Origin: Octopus vulgaris
Lineage: Eukaryota
Assembly: GCA_951406725.2 (NCBI GenBank)
Contig: OX597823.1
Coordinates: 5,952,001 to 6,016,000, forward strand
Length of the DNA: 64,000 bases
Direction: 5' to 3'
Shown: piece after piece, positions 38,098-51,746 of the stretch
Position numbering within the stretch: the first letter of the stretch is position 1
How the letters are laid out: every line of letters begins with the position of its first letter
The notes under the pieces: model-generated
Seen by the model: only the letters and a program-made list of their open reading frames with translations
Databases searched by the model: none
What the model was told of the DNA's origin: nothing
Translations under genes and position numbers: made by a program

Positions 38098-38297
38098 ATA
38101 CAAAATTTAGAGGCCTGACCACTAAAAAGTGGACAGCCTGTATGCTAGATATAGATGTCAAAATCACCATTTTCCACAAAGAATGTGTTCTCAAGAATGT
38201 TGAGAACACATTCTTCATGGAAAATGGCGATTTTGACGTCTATATCTAGCATACAGGCTGTCCACTTTTTTAGTGGTCAGGCCTCTAAATTTTGTAT
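38098..38297. repeat. Near-perfect 200-bp palindrome
   Basis: About 97-bp arms with a 5-nt loop at 38195-38199. Confidence 0.9.
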
Positions 38298-39066
38298 ATA
38301 TGTATATATATGAATATATGTATGTATGTATATAAAATCATTGTCATGTTAACATGGGTTGGGACAAAGGTTACAGCATGATGCCTTTCATGTCACCAAC
38401 ATTTCCCTGTTGTTTTTTTTTTTTCAAGTAAGGTAGTTTTATTCCATTGGTCTTTATACAGGAGATACAGTACCGGAGAAGTAAAGAGGACGTTGCTGTC
38501 ACCCAGTCCGTATTATGGGGAGTAACAAGGAACTAAACATTCAAGAATATATTGACATACAATTTTTTTTAATTCTAAAATTACACACACACACATGCAC
38601 ACACATATGCACACTCACAAACACGCACACACACACACACTCATGCACAAAATTTTAATACAAGAAGATGGTATTAACAGACTTTAATCCATATTACTAC
38701 AACTGTTTCTTTGCATTAGTATCAGTTGTTAATTGCTGAGTGCTTCATATATTATACACATTATTGCATTAATAGTTGTGGCCTGCACATCTTCAGGTGA
38801 GTGTATATAAAACACTCAACAATCACCAGCTAACACCAATGCACAGAAACAATTGTATTGATTTGGATTAAAGCCTGTTCATTCCATCTTCTCGTATAGT
38901 AATTTCTTTGTATGAATTCTACTGATATTCATGGATTTCCACATGTAGATCCAGTAAAAGGAAAATTCCTACACTATGATAATATATGGTAGCCAATAAC
39001 CATGGTGAAGCTTTATAAAGCATGCTTTAAGGTTATTGCTGAGAGGATATTATACACACCCACATA

Positions 39067-39919
39067 CAGGGTGCAATGGGTAAATTATCACTATTCTATA
39101 ATTTTAGTTTCGTGCATGCACATTGTTTTTAAGTCTGTCGACCACACAGTATAGTAGGGTCAGTTGAGAAAAACAGCACCATGATGCAATTCACTCTGCC
39201 CAAAATTTGGAAACGACATGCTGTACTGCTTGGCATTCATGCCAGAAGCTCCAATATGAACATTTCAGAGTGTTTGGATGTCAATCTGAGGACATGTACA
39301 GAGAGTGATAAAATCAAACATCCAGTGACCATCATGGTGTTTGGAGTGATCAGTAGTGATGGCAATGTTATGCATCCATTCATCTTCCCACACTGCTTCA
39401 AACTGAACACAGAGGCCTACATCAAGTGCCTGGTGGAGGTAGTGCTGCCTTGGGTCAAGAGGGTGGCTGCTGGAAGACCCTATGTCTGGCAACAGGGCTC
39501 TACACCATGCCACACAAGCGGGAGAACCCAGTCGTGGGTGTCAAACAATTTCTGCGACCACATCACCCCTAACAACTGGCCACCTAACACTCCAGATTGC
39601 AACCCCCTTGATTATTATGTGTGGAGCATAGTGGAGCAAGAGGCCAACAAAACTCCTTGTAACACCAAAAATGAACTGAAGGCAAGGATTATGGCAGCAT
39701 TCACCAACTTAAACAAGGAGACCATCCAGAAGAGTTGCAGGAGATTCCAAAGTTGCCTGGAGGCCATAGTTGAAGCCAATGGCAATTTTATTGAATAAAT
39801 TTACTCTTTAGTATTTCAAGATATTCTTATGTAAATTTGGTAAATGTATGTTAAAATGAGACATCAGTGTCATTTTCATTTTTGCATAACTTAGATGACA
39901 ATTCATTCACCACACCCTG
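39067..39919 (+). mobile_element. Tc1/mariner DD37D (maT-type) transposon, internally deleted
   Basis: TA-flanked imperfect TIRs CAGGGTG...; ORF 39181-39798 with MVFG, WQQ(D>G)S and WPPNTPDCNPLDY; 37 residues between the second and third catalytic positions. Confidence 0.9.
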
Positions 39920-40263
39920 TATATATATATGCACAATTTTTGAAATAAAATTCTAAACTTTATAAATATAAAGGATGAAAAGTCCTTCCTTAGCTTAAGG
40001 CTCATAAGGCTGGCTTTCTGGATTCTGTGGTGCATATATTCACCTGGATGGGATGCTAGTCTGTCACAGGAATGCTCTTTTTTGCTTGCTGGGAGGACTG
40101 TAACAATGTGAAATGAAGTGTTTTGCTCAAAAGCAAAGCACACTGCCTGGTCCAGGAATTGAAACCACAATCTTACGATCATGAGTGCAACACCCTAGCC
40201 ACAAAGCCACATTCCTACACACACACACACACACATTCATATCTTAAATATTTCAATACATAC

Positions 40264-40347
40264 CCATATACATATCGTCATTGTTTAGTGGTCCTTCCTT
40301 TGTAGAAATTGCTTTGTGGGATCGAAGATTGATGTCATGGATTTGGC
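40264..40347 (-). CDS. Integrin alpha exon: (G)QIHDINLRSHKAISTKEGPLNNDDMYM(G)
   Basis: tttttgcag acceptor, gtatgt donor, 84 nt, phase 1-1; DDxYxGY ligand-loop motif. Confidence 0.93.
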
Positions 40348-40607
40348 CTGCAAAAAGTAAAAAAAAAAAAATCAGGAATTTTTTTAAGAAGTTAAAAAAA
40401 CAAAAAAGAAACAAGCAGAAAATAAAAATTAAATCTGGAAATTTTTTTAAATAAAACAAAGAAATAAACAATGAAAATGAAATTTAGTGATTTCATCCAA
40501 TAAACAGAGGAGCAGCCAGTTAAAACACGTTTTCCAGTCATTAGACTGTGGCCATGCTGGGGCACCACCTTGAAGAATTTTTAGTTGGATAAACTGACCC
40601 CCAGTAC

Positions 40608-40681
40608 TTACTACTACTACTACCACCACCACCACCACCACCACCACTACTACCACCACCACCACCACCACCACCACTACC

Positions 40682-40713
<32 letters not shown>

Positions 40714-40742
40714 CACTACTACCACCACCACCACCACCACTA

Positions 40743-40778
<36 letters not shown>
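40608..40778. repeat. (CAC)n/(TAC)n compound trinucleotide tract
   Basis: Direct inspection; source of spurious poly-V/H/G ORFs. Confidence 0.95.
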
Positions 40779-41502
40779 GCCATGTGTATATTTCATCTGG
40801 AGGTTTTGGTAGTTTTTTGAAGGTCTCGACACTTCAAGCCTGCTGGAGATTGGTCATTTTCACCCTTGCTCCATTAATATAATTATATACATATGTATAT
40901 TATTATTTTAATGTATAACTTTTTATAGCATACTGACTCATTGATAAGTTTTTATCCTTATATTCTATATATGTATATATATTTCTTTACTACCCACAAG
41001 AGGACAAACAAAGACAGACAAACAGATTAAGTCAATTACATCGGCCCCAGTGCATAACTGGTACTTAACTTATCGACTCCAAAAGGATGAAAGGCAAAGT
41101 TGACCTTGGCAGAATTTGAACTCGGAACGTATCGACAGACGAAATACGACTACGCATTTTGTCTGGCGTGCTAACGTTTCTGCCAGCTCGCCACCCTAAA
41201 TTCTATATATGTATATATATATACACACTTACACACACATGAACGTGTGTGTGAGGGAGAGAGAGTTCAGGGAAAGAAGAGCAAACTGAATTACAACACA
41301 AAACACTGGGAAAAAATAAAATAGAAAATAACATAAAAATATAAGAAAAAAAATTGTGAATTCTGTGACCCAAGAAAAGGTGAAACTTGAAGTTCCAGGC
41401 AAACCAAAATGACTTCTAAATAAGGTTCTGGTTTCTCTTTCTATGTTCTTCAGTTTATTTAAGTTCTATGGGGTTCTTTGATTGGGATGTGTAGTATGTT
41501 TA

Positions 41503-41918
41503 CTCTTTTACTTGTTTCAGCCATTTGATTGCGGCCATGCTGGAGCACCGCCTTTAGTAGAGCAAATCGACCTCAGGACTTATTCTTTGTAAACCTAGTA
41601 CTTATTCTATTGGTCTCTTTTGCCAAACTGCTAAGTTATGGGGACGTAAACACACCAGCATCGGTTGTCAAGCAATGTTGGGGGGGGGGGGGGGGGACAA
41701 ACACACACAAATATATACACACACATACATATTTATATATATATATACATATAAACGACAGGCTTCTTCAGTTTCCGTCTACCAAATCCACTCACAAAGC
41801 TTTGGTCAACCCGAGGCTATAGTAGAAGACACTTGCCCAAGGTGCCATGCAGTGGGACTGAACCCGGAACCATGTGGTTGGTAAGCAAGCTACTTACCAC
41901 ACAGTCACTCCTGTGCCT
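41503..41918 (-). repeat. SINE family A
   Basis: Full-length reverse-complement copy. Confidence 0.85.
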
Positions 41919-42740
41919 GTTTATATAACAATAATGTTTCTCTGGCATTAATTTTAGTTTTTAACAGACAGGAAGCTTTGCGCTATTTGTTCCGATTCTC
42001 TGCACCTTGAGTTCAAATCTAACTAAGGTCAATTTAACCTTTCAGCCTTCTGGGGTCAAAAAAGTATTAATTCAAAATAGTGAACTGGCAGAACTGTGGC
42101 ATTTATTCCAGTTCTTTACATTCTAGGTTCAAATCCTGCTATGGTCAACTTGGAGAGTAGACTTAAACGGTTGTCCAGTTTAACACCTCCACAGTTGACC
42201 CCTTGGGTGATTTTAGTGAAGTCTACTCTGTTATAAACATTGGAGCCAGGTTTCTGGTTTAAAGAACCCTTTCGCTCTTCCGCCCTCCCATCAGTCTTGG
42301 AAGCACTGTAAAAGATTATGGCCACTACTCCATTTCCTGACTAAAATATATAAAAAAAACGTTTGACTTTTAGATAGTCTTTTTTTTTCTAATTTCCTTC
42401 TTTCAGTACAAATTCTCTATCTTATCAGTTTCCTTAAACTCCCTCAGTATTTATGTAAGTGGTTCTGTTCCAGTTCTTGTCACTGATTAAATGTAACATT
42501 CTTTGAGCATATTTGTCCTACCCTCCAACCCGTTTGATATCACTGCTGAATTCATGTCCAGTTTTTAATAGGTTCTCCAGCTGGCAATTGTCACTTGTAT
42601 AGACTTCTGAATCAACCATACCCCTTTTGTTACCACATTTGAAATACACCCTCTCTGTTTCAACTAGTTTAAAAAATAATGAAGAATATAGTAAAGCGAT
42701 GATGTCATTATTATAAATTGGTGTTCAGAATATTAATTAA

Positions 42741-42960
42741 CCCTTTTGTTACTGTATTTATTTTGAGATGTTCTGTGTTTCTTTCAATTATTTTAAATAT
42801 AACAAAGAATTCAGTAAAATAACTAAGTTATCATTCAGCTAGTGTTAGGAACATAAATTGTGACTAAGGAATGGTGGAAGATTTTAATTCAAAACTTATG
42901 AAAACAAGACATTTGTACTCAGAGCCAGAGCTGGTTTCAGCCGGGTTGATAACGAAAGGG
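42741..42960. mobile_element. piggyBac-type MITE
   Basis: TTAA-CCCTTT...AAAGGG-TTAA termini; related partial copies near 23295-23725, 34050-34220, 43005, 49970 and 50620. Confidence 0.8.
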
Positions 42961-43401
42961 TTAACATGAAATTCTAAATGGAAATTTTAATTTAGATTAT
43001 TTTAACCCCTTTTGTGACCAAATTACAATTGAAAATACATTGTATTTGTTTTAATTTATTTTGAAAATAATGAATAATGTAACAAAACGACTTTGTCGTT
43101 AATAATCTGATGTTTGGAATATAAAATCAGTCTGAAACACTGATGAAAGGGTTTTAACCTAATCCTTTTAGCATTCAGATTATTCTGTTCAAACGTAATG
43201 CTTATTTATTCAAATTGTTTTGAATTAATCAGGCATTTTCTCATGGCTTTGAGATTTCAGTGATATGATTGTTTATTTTTAGAATGACAAAGTAGGGAAG
43301 GTGTGAGAAGCCAGACATGGTGAATCTGAACAAAAGACAGATAGAACATTTGGGTCAGATATAGCTGGTTTGGATTCAAAGTACTTTAAAGCAGGAAAGG
43401 T

Positions 43402-43570
43402 TCAGGAGTGGCTGTGTGGTAAGTAGCTTGTTTACCAACCACATGGTTCTGGGTTCAGTCTCACTGCGTGGCACCTTGGGCAAGTGTCTTCTACTACAGC
43501 TTTGGGCCGACCAATGCCTTGTGAGTGGATTTGGTAGATGGAAACTGAAAGAAGCCCGTCGTATATATAT

Positions 43571-43610
<40 letters not shown>

Positions 43611-43937
43611 GTGTGTGTATGTGTTTGTGTGTGTGTGTTTGTGTGTCTGTGTTTGTCCCCCTAACATCGCTTGACAACCGATGCTGGTGTGTTTACTTCC
43701 CCGTAACTTAGCGGTTTGCCAAAAGAGGCCGATAGAATAAGTACTTGGCTTACAAAGAATAAGTTCTGGGGTCGATTTGCTCGACTAAAAGGTGGTACAT
43801 ATATATATATACCTGTATACGATGGGCTTTCAGTTTCCATCTACCAAATCCACTCACAAGGCTTTGGTCAGCCTGAGGCTATAGTAGAAGACACTTGCCC
43901 AAGATGCAATGCAGTGGGAATGAACCAGGAACCATGT
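43402..43937. repeat. SINE family A (+) joined to a partial inverted copy (-)
   Basis: 43402-43795 forward, 43818-43937 reverse. Confidence 0.8.
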
Positions 43938-44454
43938 GTGTTTAATTGTCAAAAGATGACCATCTCCAAGTATAACAATATTCCTTAACAATATTTTGAT
44001 ACTTTCATCTTGAAGTAGAACAGTTTACATATAATGTTTGTATTAACCTTTGCATATCAACCAGTCATGTTCTATGATTTGGTCAGATAGCAGGGAGGAA
44101 GCTGCATGACACTCTCAAACCTTTTATTTTTCAGAGTCACCAGGGAAGAGAAGAAATAATTCTCCTCAAAACGGAGACCTTGCATGAAGTCCAGCAACAA
44201 ACCAAATTCCATTTAAAATACTCAAGGATTGGATAGGGGTTAAGCTGACTCATTTGGTACCAGTCCAACAGATGCCACTCCTGACTCTATGAGATAAATT
44301 TTATTCAAAAGTGACCCAAAACCTTTCGTCAGAATTCCTTATTAATTTATGTTCCAAACACCAGCTTAATATTGACAAAGTTATTTTGCTAAACTCCGCA
44401 TTATTTTCCAAATGAATTGAAGCAAAGACCATGGATTTCAATAGAGGTACATAG

Positions 44455-44838
44455 CAGGCATGGCTGTGTGGTAAGAAGCTTGCTTCCCAAACACATGGTT
44501 CCAGGTTCAGTCCCACTGCATGGCATCTTGGGCTAGTATCTTTTACTATAGCATTGTAAGTGGATTTGGTAGATGGAAACTGAAAGACCATTATGTGTGT
44601 GCATGTGTGTGTGTGTGTGAGTGTGTGTGTGTGCATGCATGTGTGTTTGTCCCCCACCACTGTTTGACAACTAGTATTGACATGTTTGCACCCTTGTAAC
44701 TTAGCAGTTCAGTAGAAGTCACTGATAGAATAAGTATCAGGTTTAACAGAAAGGTACTGCAGTCAATCCATTCAACTAAGATTCTTCAAGGCAGTGCCCC
44801 AGCATGGCCACAGTCTAATGACTGAAACTGGTAAGAGA
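44455..44838 (+). repeat. SINE family A (diverged)
   Basis: Same architecture as the other family A copies. Confidence 0.75.
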
Positions 44839-46087
44839 GATAACATCAGCATTACAGCTTCAAACTTGCAAGAATGTGATAGGCTGTCAAAAGTCTTTTT
44901 GGTAACCAATCCATGCCAACCTTCTGTTTTCCTGCCTCTTTCCACCGTTTCCAATAACTTATTCTGTTTATTATCAAAAGCTCTTCTTCACACACATAAA
45001 ACACTTCTTGACACTCTTTCATTTCCTTTCATAAAATTTTATTATTTTCCAGATGAGCAGCTGGTCTCATGATACCACAACTTTGTAAGTTATTATTAGT
45101 AAACAGGTTATTTGGTCTGCGGTTAAAACCATCTCGATTATGAAAGAAATTTGGCTGCTATTTTTAGCAGATTGAGCAACCCTGTAAAGGCTCCCTCTTT
45201 CAAGTCATCATATTTAATTAGTTGTGATAGTTGACAGTTCTTACAAGCAAAACAGATGAAAAACAGTAAAAGAATTCCGTTTCTGTTCTTACCCTATCAG
45301 CCAGCATCCTGAGGCTATTTTAAGTCAGCAGATGCCCTAAAAATGAAACCCTGTATGGGGTCGCCTCTTGACTCACCACACTGACTTCCTCCCTATCATA
45401 GGTGACCCCACAAAACACTGAATGACTTGGAGACAATTAGGAAACGGAGTCAAAATAGAAACACAACCTGATGGGGGAATTAACAGATGTTATTGTTAGG
45501 AAATACGAGACTAATAACGAACCATTGAGAAGCTCAGCACGGAAACAGTAGATCATTGTCAGACTAGACATGGCTGTGTGGTTAAGGAGCTGGATTCACA
45601 ACCACAGGGTTTATAGTTCAATCTCACTGAGTGCCAGTTTATGTAGTTTGTATGTTTTTTCATGGCTTTGAGTTGACCAATGCCTTCTAAATGAGATTTC
45701 GCAGATAGCAACTGTTTGGAAGCCCATTCTATGTATGTGTGTTTGTATGCATATGCATGTGTATGTATTTAAAGTGCATGTGTGTACGTGCACACACACA
45801 CACACACATATGTATATATAAATATATATATACTTCTTTGTTGCTCACAGGGGGCTAAACATAGAGCGGATAAACAAGGTCAAAGGGATTAAGTCGATTA
45901 CATCAACCCCAGTGCGTAACTGGTACTTATTTAATCAACCATAAAAGGATGAAAGGCAAATTCGACCTCAGTGGAATTTGAACTCAGAATGTAACAGCAG
46001 ACGAAATACCGCTAAGCATTTTGTCTGGCATGCTAACAATTCTGCCAGCACACCGTCCTTAAATATATATATACACACACACACAAT

Positions 46088-46139
<52 letters not shown>

Positions 46140-48109
46140 TACACACTCATACATATATAGGCATATATATATATATATCACATAAAAAGCACCTATGCCA
46201 GTGTGATATTTAGAGCACTGCATGCTGGTGTCATGTAAAATGCATCCAGCCATAGAAACCATGACTAAACAGACTATTGGAACCTGGGCAGTTCTCTGGT
46301 TGGTCACTTGCGGTCAAACCATCCAACCCATGCAAGCATGAAAACAGATGTTAAATGATGATGATGTATATATATATGGATGCCCTTCCTAACGCCAACC
46401 ACTCCGTGAGTGTTATGGGATTACTTTAGGTTTCACATCCATAAAGGGCTTAGCTCTGTGGCTTATCATCAAATCCCAAAACCTGTTGGCTGAAGGCCTT
46501 TCTAGATGTATCATTGTCATTTGAATGTCCACTTTCCTATGCTCGCATGGGTTGGATGTGTTGAAGCAGATATTGGAATGTGGAGATGTAAAAGAACGCT
46601 AAGCATACCTTGGACAAAACATACAACTAAGTGCTATAACTAGCAAACTACAAAAAGATCATTACACTCAATTACCAGAGAAAAGGTCAAATCCTTGGTC
46701 ACTTGGTAAGAGTGCAAGATAAGAAAAGACTTTTTCTCGAATCAGGGCTGGCTCAAGGTACCGGCAACTCGGGTAGTCGTCCAGGGCACTATGTGCTTTT
46801 TAGTCAACATTTTCAGTTTTTCTCCTTGTGAAAGTTTTAAAAAATTATACTTGCAAGGACGCTGCATGGGGCACCAGCAACCTTAGGACCTGTCTAGAAT
46901 GAAAGATAAATGGTAAATGCTTGAGAGGAAGATCTAGGCCAGTGGTTCTCAACCATTTTTTCATCTTTGGACCCCTTTGATTCCAATATTATTCCTTTTG
47001 GGGTCGATAAATTAAGTACCAGTTGCATACTAGGGTTGATCTAATCGACTAGCTCTCTCCCCCAAAATTTCAGGTCTTGTGCCTAGCATAGAAAAGAATA
47101 TTATTTAGGTGGACTTCTAAGGCCATTCGATGTTTAAAGACTAGTTTTATAGAGACTTCTTTCAAAATTCCTATTTTGTTTTTCAAACATTCACTTACAT
47201 AGCTTGAACTATGTAAGATGTTACAGAATTTGCAATAATAAAATGAAGTAGCATGAAACAATTGTACCACTCTACCTTGGATATCTTTGTTGCTTATTTT
47301 GATTATAATCACCCCATTTGATTTATATGGATAATACCATACAAAATTCTGGTGCCTTTAACTTAAGTACCATATTCATCTGAATATATATATATATATA
47401 TATATATAAGCAAAATTTTTCATGGACCCTTAAAACACTTTTATATTTCCCCAAATTTACTCTTTTTATTTGCATGAATACCCGAAAAGTCTTATATGGA
47501 CCATCAGGGACCATATGGACTTCAGTTGAGAACCACTGATCTAGAGCAAACTGGTTTGATAACATCAAAGACTTGATTAAACTGACATGTAGTGAATTGA
47601 TAAGAATGGCAGAGAAAAGACCTGGATGATGACCCCTGATATTGAACCTGCTGAGAGCAGATGACACCGAAAATAAACAAATAATGATGCTTCAGCAAAT
47701 GGTTATAGTTTTAGAGGCACAACATTCTGTATATATATATCAGCATAGGTGCAAGCAGGCATATATATATATATATATATATATCATCATCATTGGTTAA
47801 CATCCGTTTTCCATGCTAGCATGGGTTGGACGGTTCGACTGGGGTCTGGGAAGCCAGGAGGCTGCGCCAGGCTCCAGTCTGATCTGGCAGTGTTTCTACA
47901 GCTGGATGGATGCCCTTCCTAACGCCAAACACTCTGTGAGTGTAGTGGGTGCTTTTTATGTACCAAGGGAGGCTGGCAGTGGCCACGATCGGTTGGTGCT
48001 TTTTACGTGCCACCAGCACAGGTATCGTAACTACAATTTCAATTTGATATTTATTTTGATGTTGATGTACTCGACTCAATAGGTCTCCTCATATATATAT
48101 TTTGTACTT

Positions 48110-48487
48110 TTATTCTTTTATTTGTTTCAGTCATATGACTGCGGCCATGCTGGAACACTGCCTTCAGTCGAAGAAATTGACTCCAAGAATATTCTTTGTA
48201 AGCTTAGTACTTATTCTATCAGTCTATTTTGCCAAACCACTAAGTTATGGAAACGTAAACATTCCAACATCAGTTGTCAGGCAATGGTGGACAGACAAAC
48301 AGACATATAAACATACACACACACACATATATACGATGGGCTTCCTTCAGTTTCCATCTACCAAATTCACTCACAAGGCCCAAGGTTACAGTAGAAGACA
48401 CTTATCAAAGGTTCCACACAGGAGGACTGAACCTGGAACCATGTGGTTGGGAAGCAAGCTTCTTGCTACACAGCCACACCTGCACCT
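48110..48487 (-). repeat. SINE family A
   Basis: Reverse-complement copy. Confidence 0.8.
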
Positions 48488-48493
48488 ATATAC

Positions 48494-48555
<62 letters not shown>

Positions 48556-50144
48556 CTTTATTGCCCACAGGGAGCTAAACATTGAGGGGACAAACAAGGG
48601 CAGACAGGGGAATAAGTTGATTATATCAACCCCAGTGCATAACTGGTACTTTATTTATTGACCCCGAAAGGATGAAAGGCAAAGTCAACCTCGGCAGAAT
48701 TTGAACTCAGAGTGTAGCAGCAGACGAAATACGGCTACGCATTTCACCCGGTGTGCCAACAATTCTGCCAGCTCGCCTTGTTTGTTTGTATGTATGTGTG
48801 TGTGTGTATGTGTGTGTGTGTGTATGTATGTATATGCAGAACCTCCATTGGTCAATTTGGCTGTCCATCTGCACCTGCTTGTTTACATTTAGTGGGGAAG
48901 GGGGCTACAAAAGTGGTGTTGTTGACATTTCTCCTGTCAACAAATCCCTTCCTCCCGTTGCATCTTCAAAGACAAATGTGAAGAAGGGATCCGTTACTTG
49001 AAAAATAGACAAGGGTTAGTGACAGGTAGAGCATCTGGCTGTAAAATAATGCCTCAATAATACATTTGTCTAACCTGTTCCAGCATGAGAAAGTGGTCAG
49101 CAAAATGAACAAAAAGTACAGACATATAAATATATCCACTATGAATGTGTATGGTCATACATAGACATACACACACACACACGCGTGTATGGTCATGCAT
49201 ATGTCCATATCTTTTGTCATTTGCTTGTTCAAGTCACTGGACTGTGGCCATGCTGAAGCACTGCCTTGAAGGGTTTTAATCAGACAGATTGACCCTCCCA
49301 CCCCAGTAGTTATTTTAAGTCTGGTACTTGTTCTATAAGATTCTCTTGCCAAACAGGCTTCCTCACAGTTTCCACCTACCAAATCCACTCACAAGGCAGT
49401 GGTCGGCCCAGTGCTGTAATAGAAGATATTTGCCAAGTTCTTAAGAACACAACCATATATAAATTCACACACACACAGACACACACACACACACCTACAA
49501 AACAGATTTAGTTTCCATCTGGTTTGATTTTGTAATTGTTTATACAAATATAAACAAAATAAATACACCGTATGCACACACACATTATATATACACACAC
49601 ACACACACATTCTGTTTGAAACCGCATCTTACGTATGTATATGCATCTATATATATATATGTGTGTGTGTGTATATATATATGTATCAGTGGAAAAAATG
49701 GTGTGTGTGTGTGTGTGTGTTCAAATAATAAGTCCCAAAATAATAAAACAAACAACGGTAGGTAATCAGTTGTTGTCCCCCTGTCAGAGCCTCCCAAGTA
49801 AATGCCAACATTTGGAAATAATCCACTTTTTAAGACTAGAAATAAATAAGCTATTAACAGAGATAGCATCAGCTATTGACTAGTTGAAAAACCTATTTTA
49901 GGCTGACAAATAAAGGAACAACAGCCCCATTTTTGGGGGACTTAAGCTCAATTTTTAGGGTGTGTACTCTTAACCCTTTCATCACCATATTTGGTAAACA
50001 TATCTGTTGCGAAACACTGCTTTTGTTCCAATTAATTTTGAAAATAATGAAGAATTTATTAAAATAACTTTGTCATTATTCAGCTTGAAATTGGGACGTT
50101 GATTAATATGAAACTTTGAAAATAATGAATACTTTACTTGTTAA

Positions 50145-50539
50145 TCTTTTACTTGTTTCAATTATTTGACTGTGGCCATGCTGGAGCACTGCTTTTAGTC
50201 TAGCAAATCGACCCCAGGATTTATTTTTTGTAAGCCTAGTACTTATTCTATCGGTCTCTTTTGCTGAACCACAAAGTTATAGGGACGGAAACACACCAGC
50301 ATCGGTTGTCAAGTGATGTTTGGGGGACAAACACAGACACACACACACATATATACACACACATGCATATATACATATATACGATGGGCTTCTTTCAGTT
50401 TCCGTCTACCAAATCCACTCACAAGGCTTTGGTCAGCCCAAGGCTATAGTAGAAGACACTTGCCAAAGGTGCCACAAAATGGGACTGAACCAGGAACCAT
50501 GTGGTTGGTAAGCAAACTATTTACCACACAGTCACTCCT
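50145..50539 (-). repeat. SINE family A
   Basis: Reverse-complement copy. Confidence 0.85.
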
Positions 50540-51349
50540 AAAAATAATTTTGTCTTTATTTAGCTGGTGTTTTGGGAACTTAAATTGACATGATGGAAGG
50601 TTTTAAATTAGGTCACTTTAACCCTTTTGTTACCATATTTCTGTTAATATAAGGTACCTTTCCTTCAATTAGTTTTGAAAATAATAAAGAATTTAGTAAA
50701 AAATATGGTTATTCTTAAGCCAGTGTTTGGAACATAAATTAACAAGAAATTTTGGACAGAGAGGACAAACAAGGACAGACAAACGGATTAAGTCGATTAC
50801 ATCGACCCCAGTGCATAACTGGTACTTAATTTATCGACCCCGGAAGGAGGAAAGGCAAAGTCGACCTCGGCGGAATTTGAACTCAGAACATAACGGCAGA
50901 CGAAATACGGCTACGCATTTCGCCCGGCGTGCTAATGTTTCTGCCAGCTTACCGCAGTCCGCCAACCTATCTAGGCTGACACAGTACCCTTGATTTTGTA
51001 CTGACTCTGACTGTGACGACCTCTCTGACCCATACCAGCATGGAAAGCAGATGTAAAACAATGATGATGATGATGACATAAACATTACCCTCGCAGAGCT
51101 CTATAAATCTAATCCTTGATAGGAGGACTTGTTTGAGGACAGAAGCATAAACTTAAATCTGGCTCTAATTATGCTTACAGTTTCTTTATCTTTGTCACGG
51201 TGGTGGAGGTGGTGGTGTCAATGAGATTTCAAGAGTTTAATGAAGTCTCCAGACGTGAAACAGTCCAAGAATTGGATAATAAACCACTTCACAGCAGCAA
51301 ATATGATTGCGGATGTGAGAGAGAGAGAGAGACCGAGAGAGAGAGAGAG

Positions 51350-51400
<51 letters not shown>

Positions 51401-51582
51401 TGTGTGTGAATCTTTATATCTAAGTGTATGTGTGTGTGTGTATATATATATACACACACACGCATATGTATGTATGCATACACAAACACACAACAATAAC
51501 AACAACACACACATCATTATCATAATCATTTTATGTCCATGTTACATGCTGGCATGGGTTAGATTATAATCCCTCTCTCTCT

Positions 51583-51620
<38 letters not shown>

Positions 51621-51681
51621 GTATGTGTGTGTGTGCGTGCATATATGTATATGGATAGATAGTGGTATAGAGGAAGGGATT

Positions 51682-51746
51682 TTATAATGCCTGTGTGCAA
51701 ACAGCTATGCTACATGGTAGTGAAACATGGGCTGTGACAGCCGAGG
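51682..51746 (+). mobile_element. RTE LINE fragment
   Basis: Encodes YNACVQTAMLHGSETWAVTAE (RTE YGxETW motif). Confidence 0.7.

Noticed and set aside
45293-45336. 44-nt minus-strand segment with a good acceptor (catttttag) and donor (gtaaga) in the large intron
   Set aside because: In the integrin frame it hits TAA after five codons and shifts frame; at most a poison or pseudo-exon with no support
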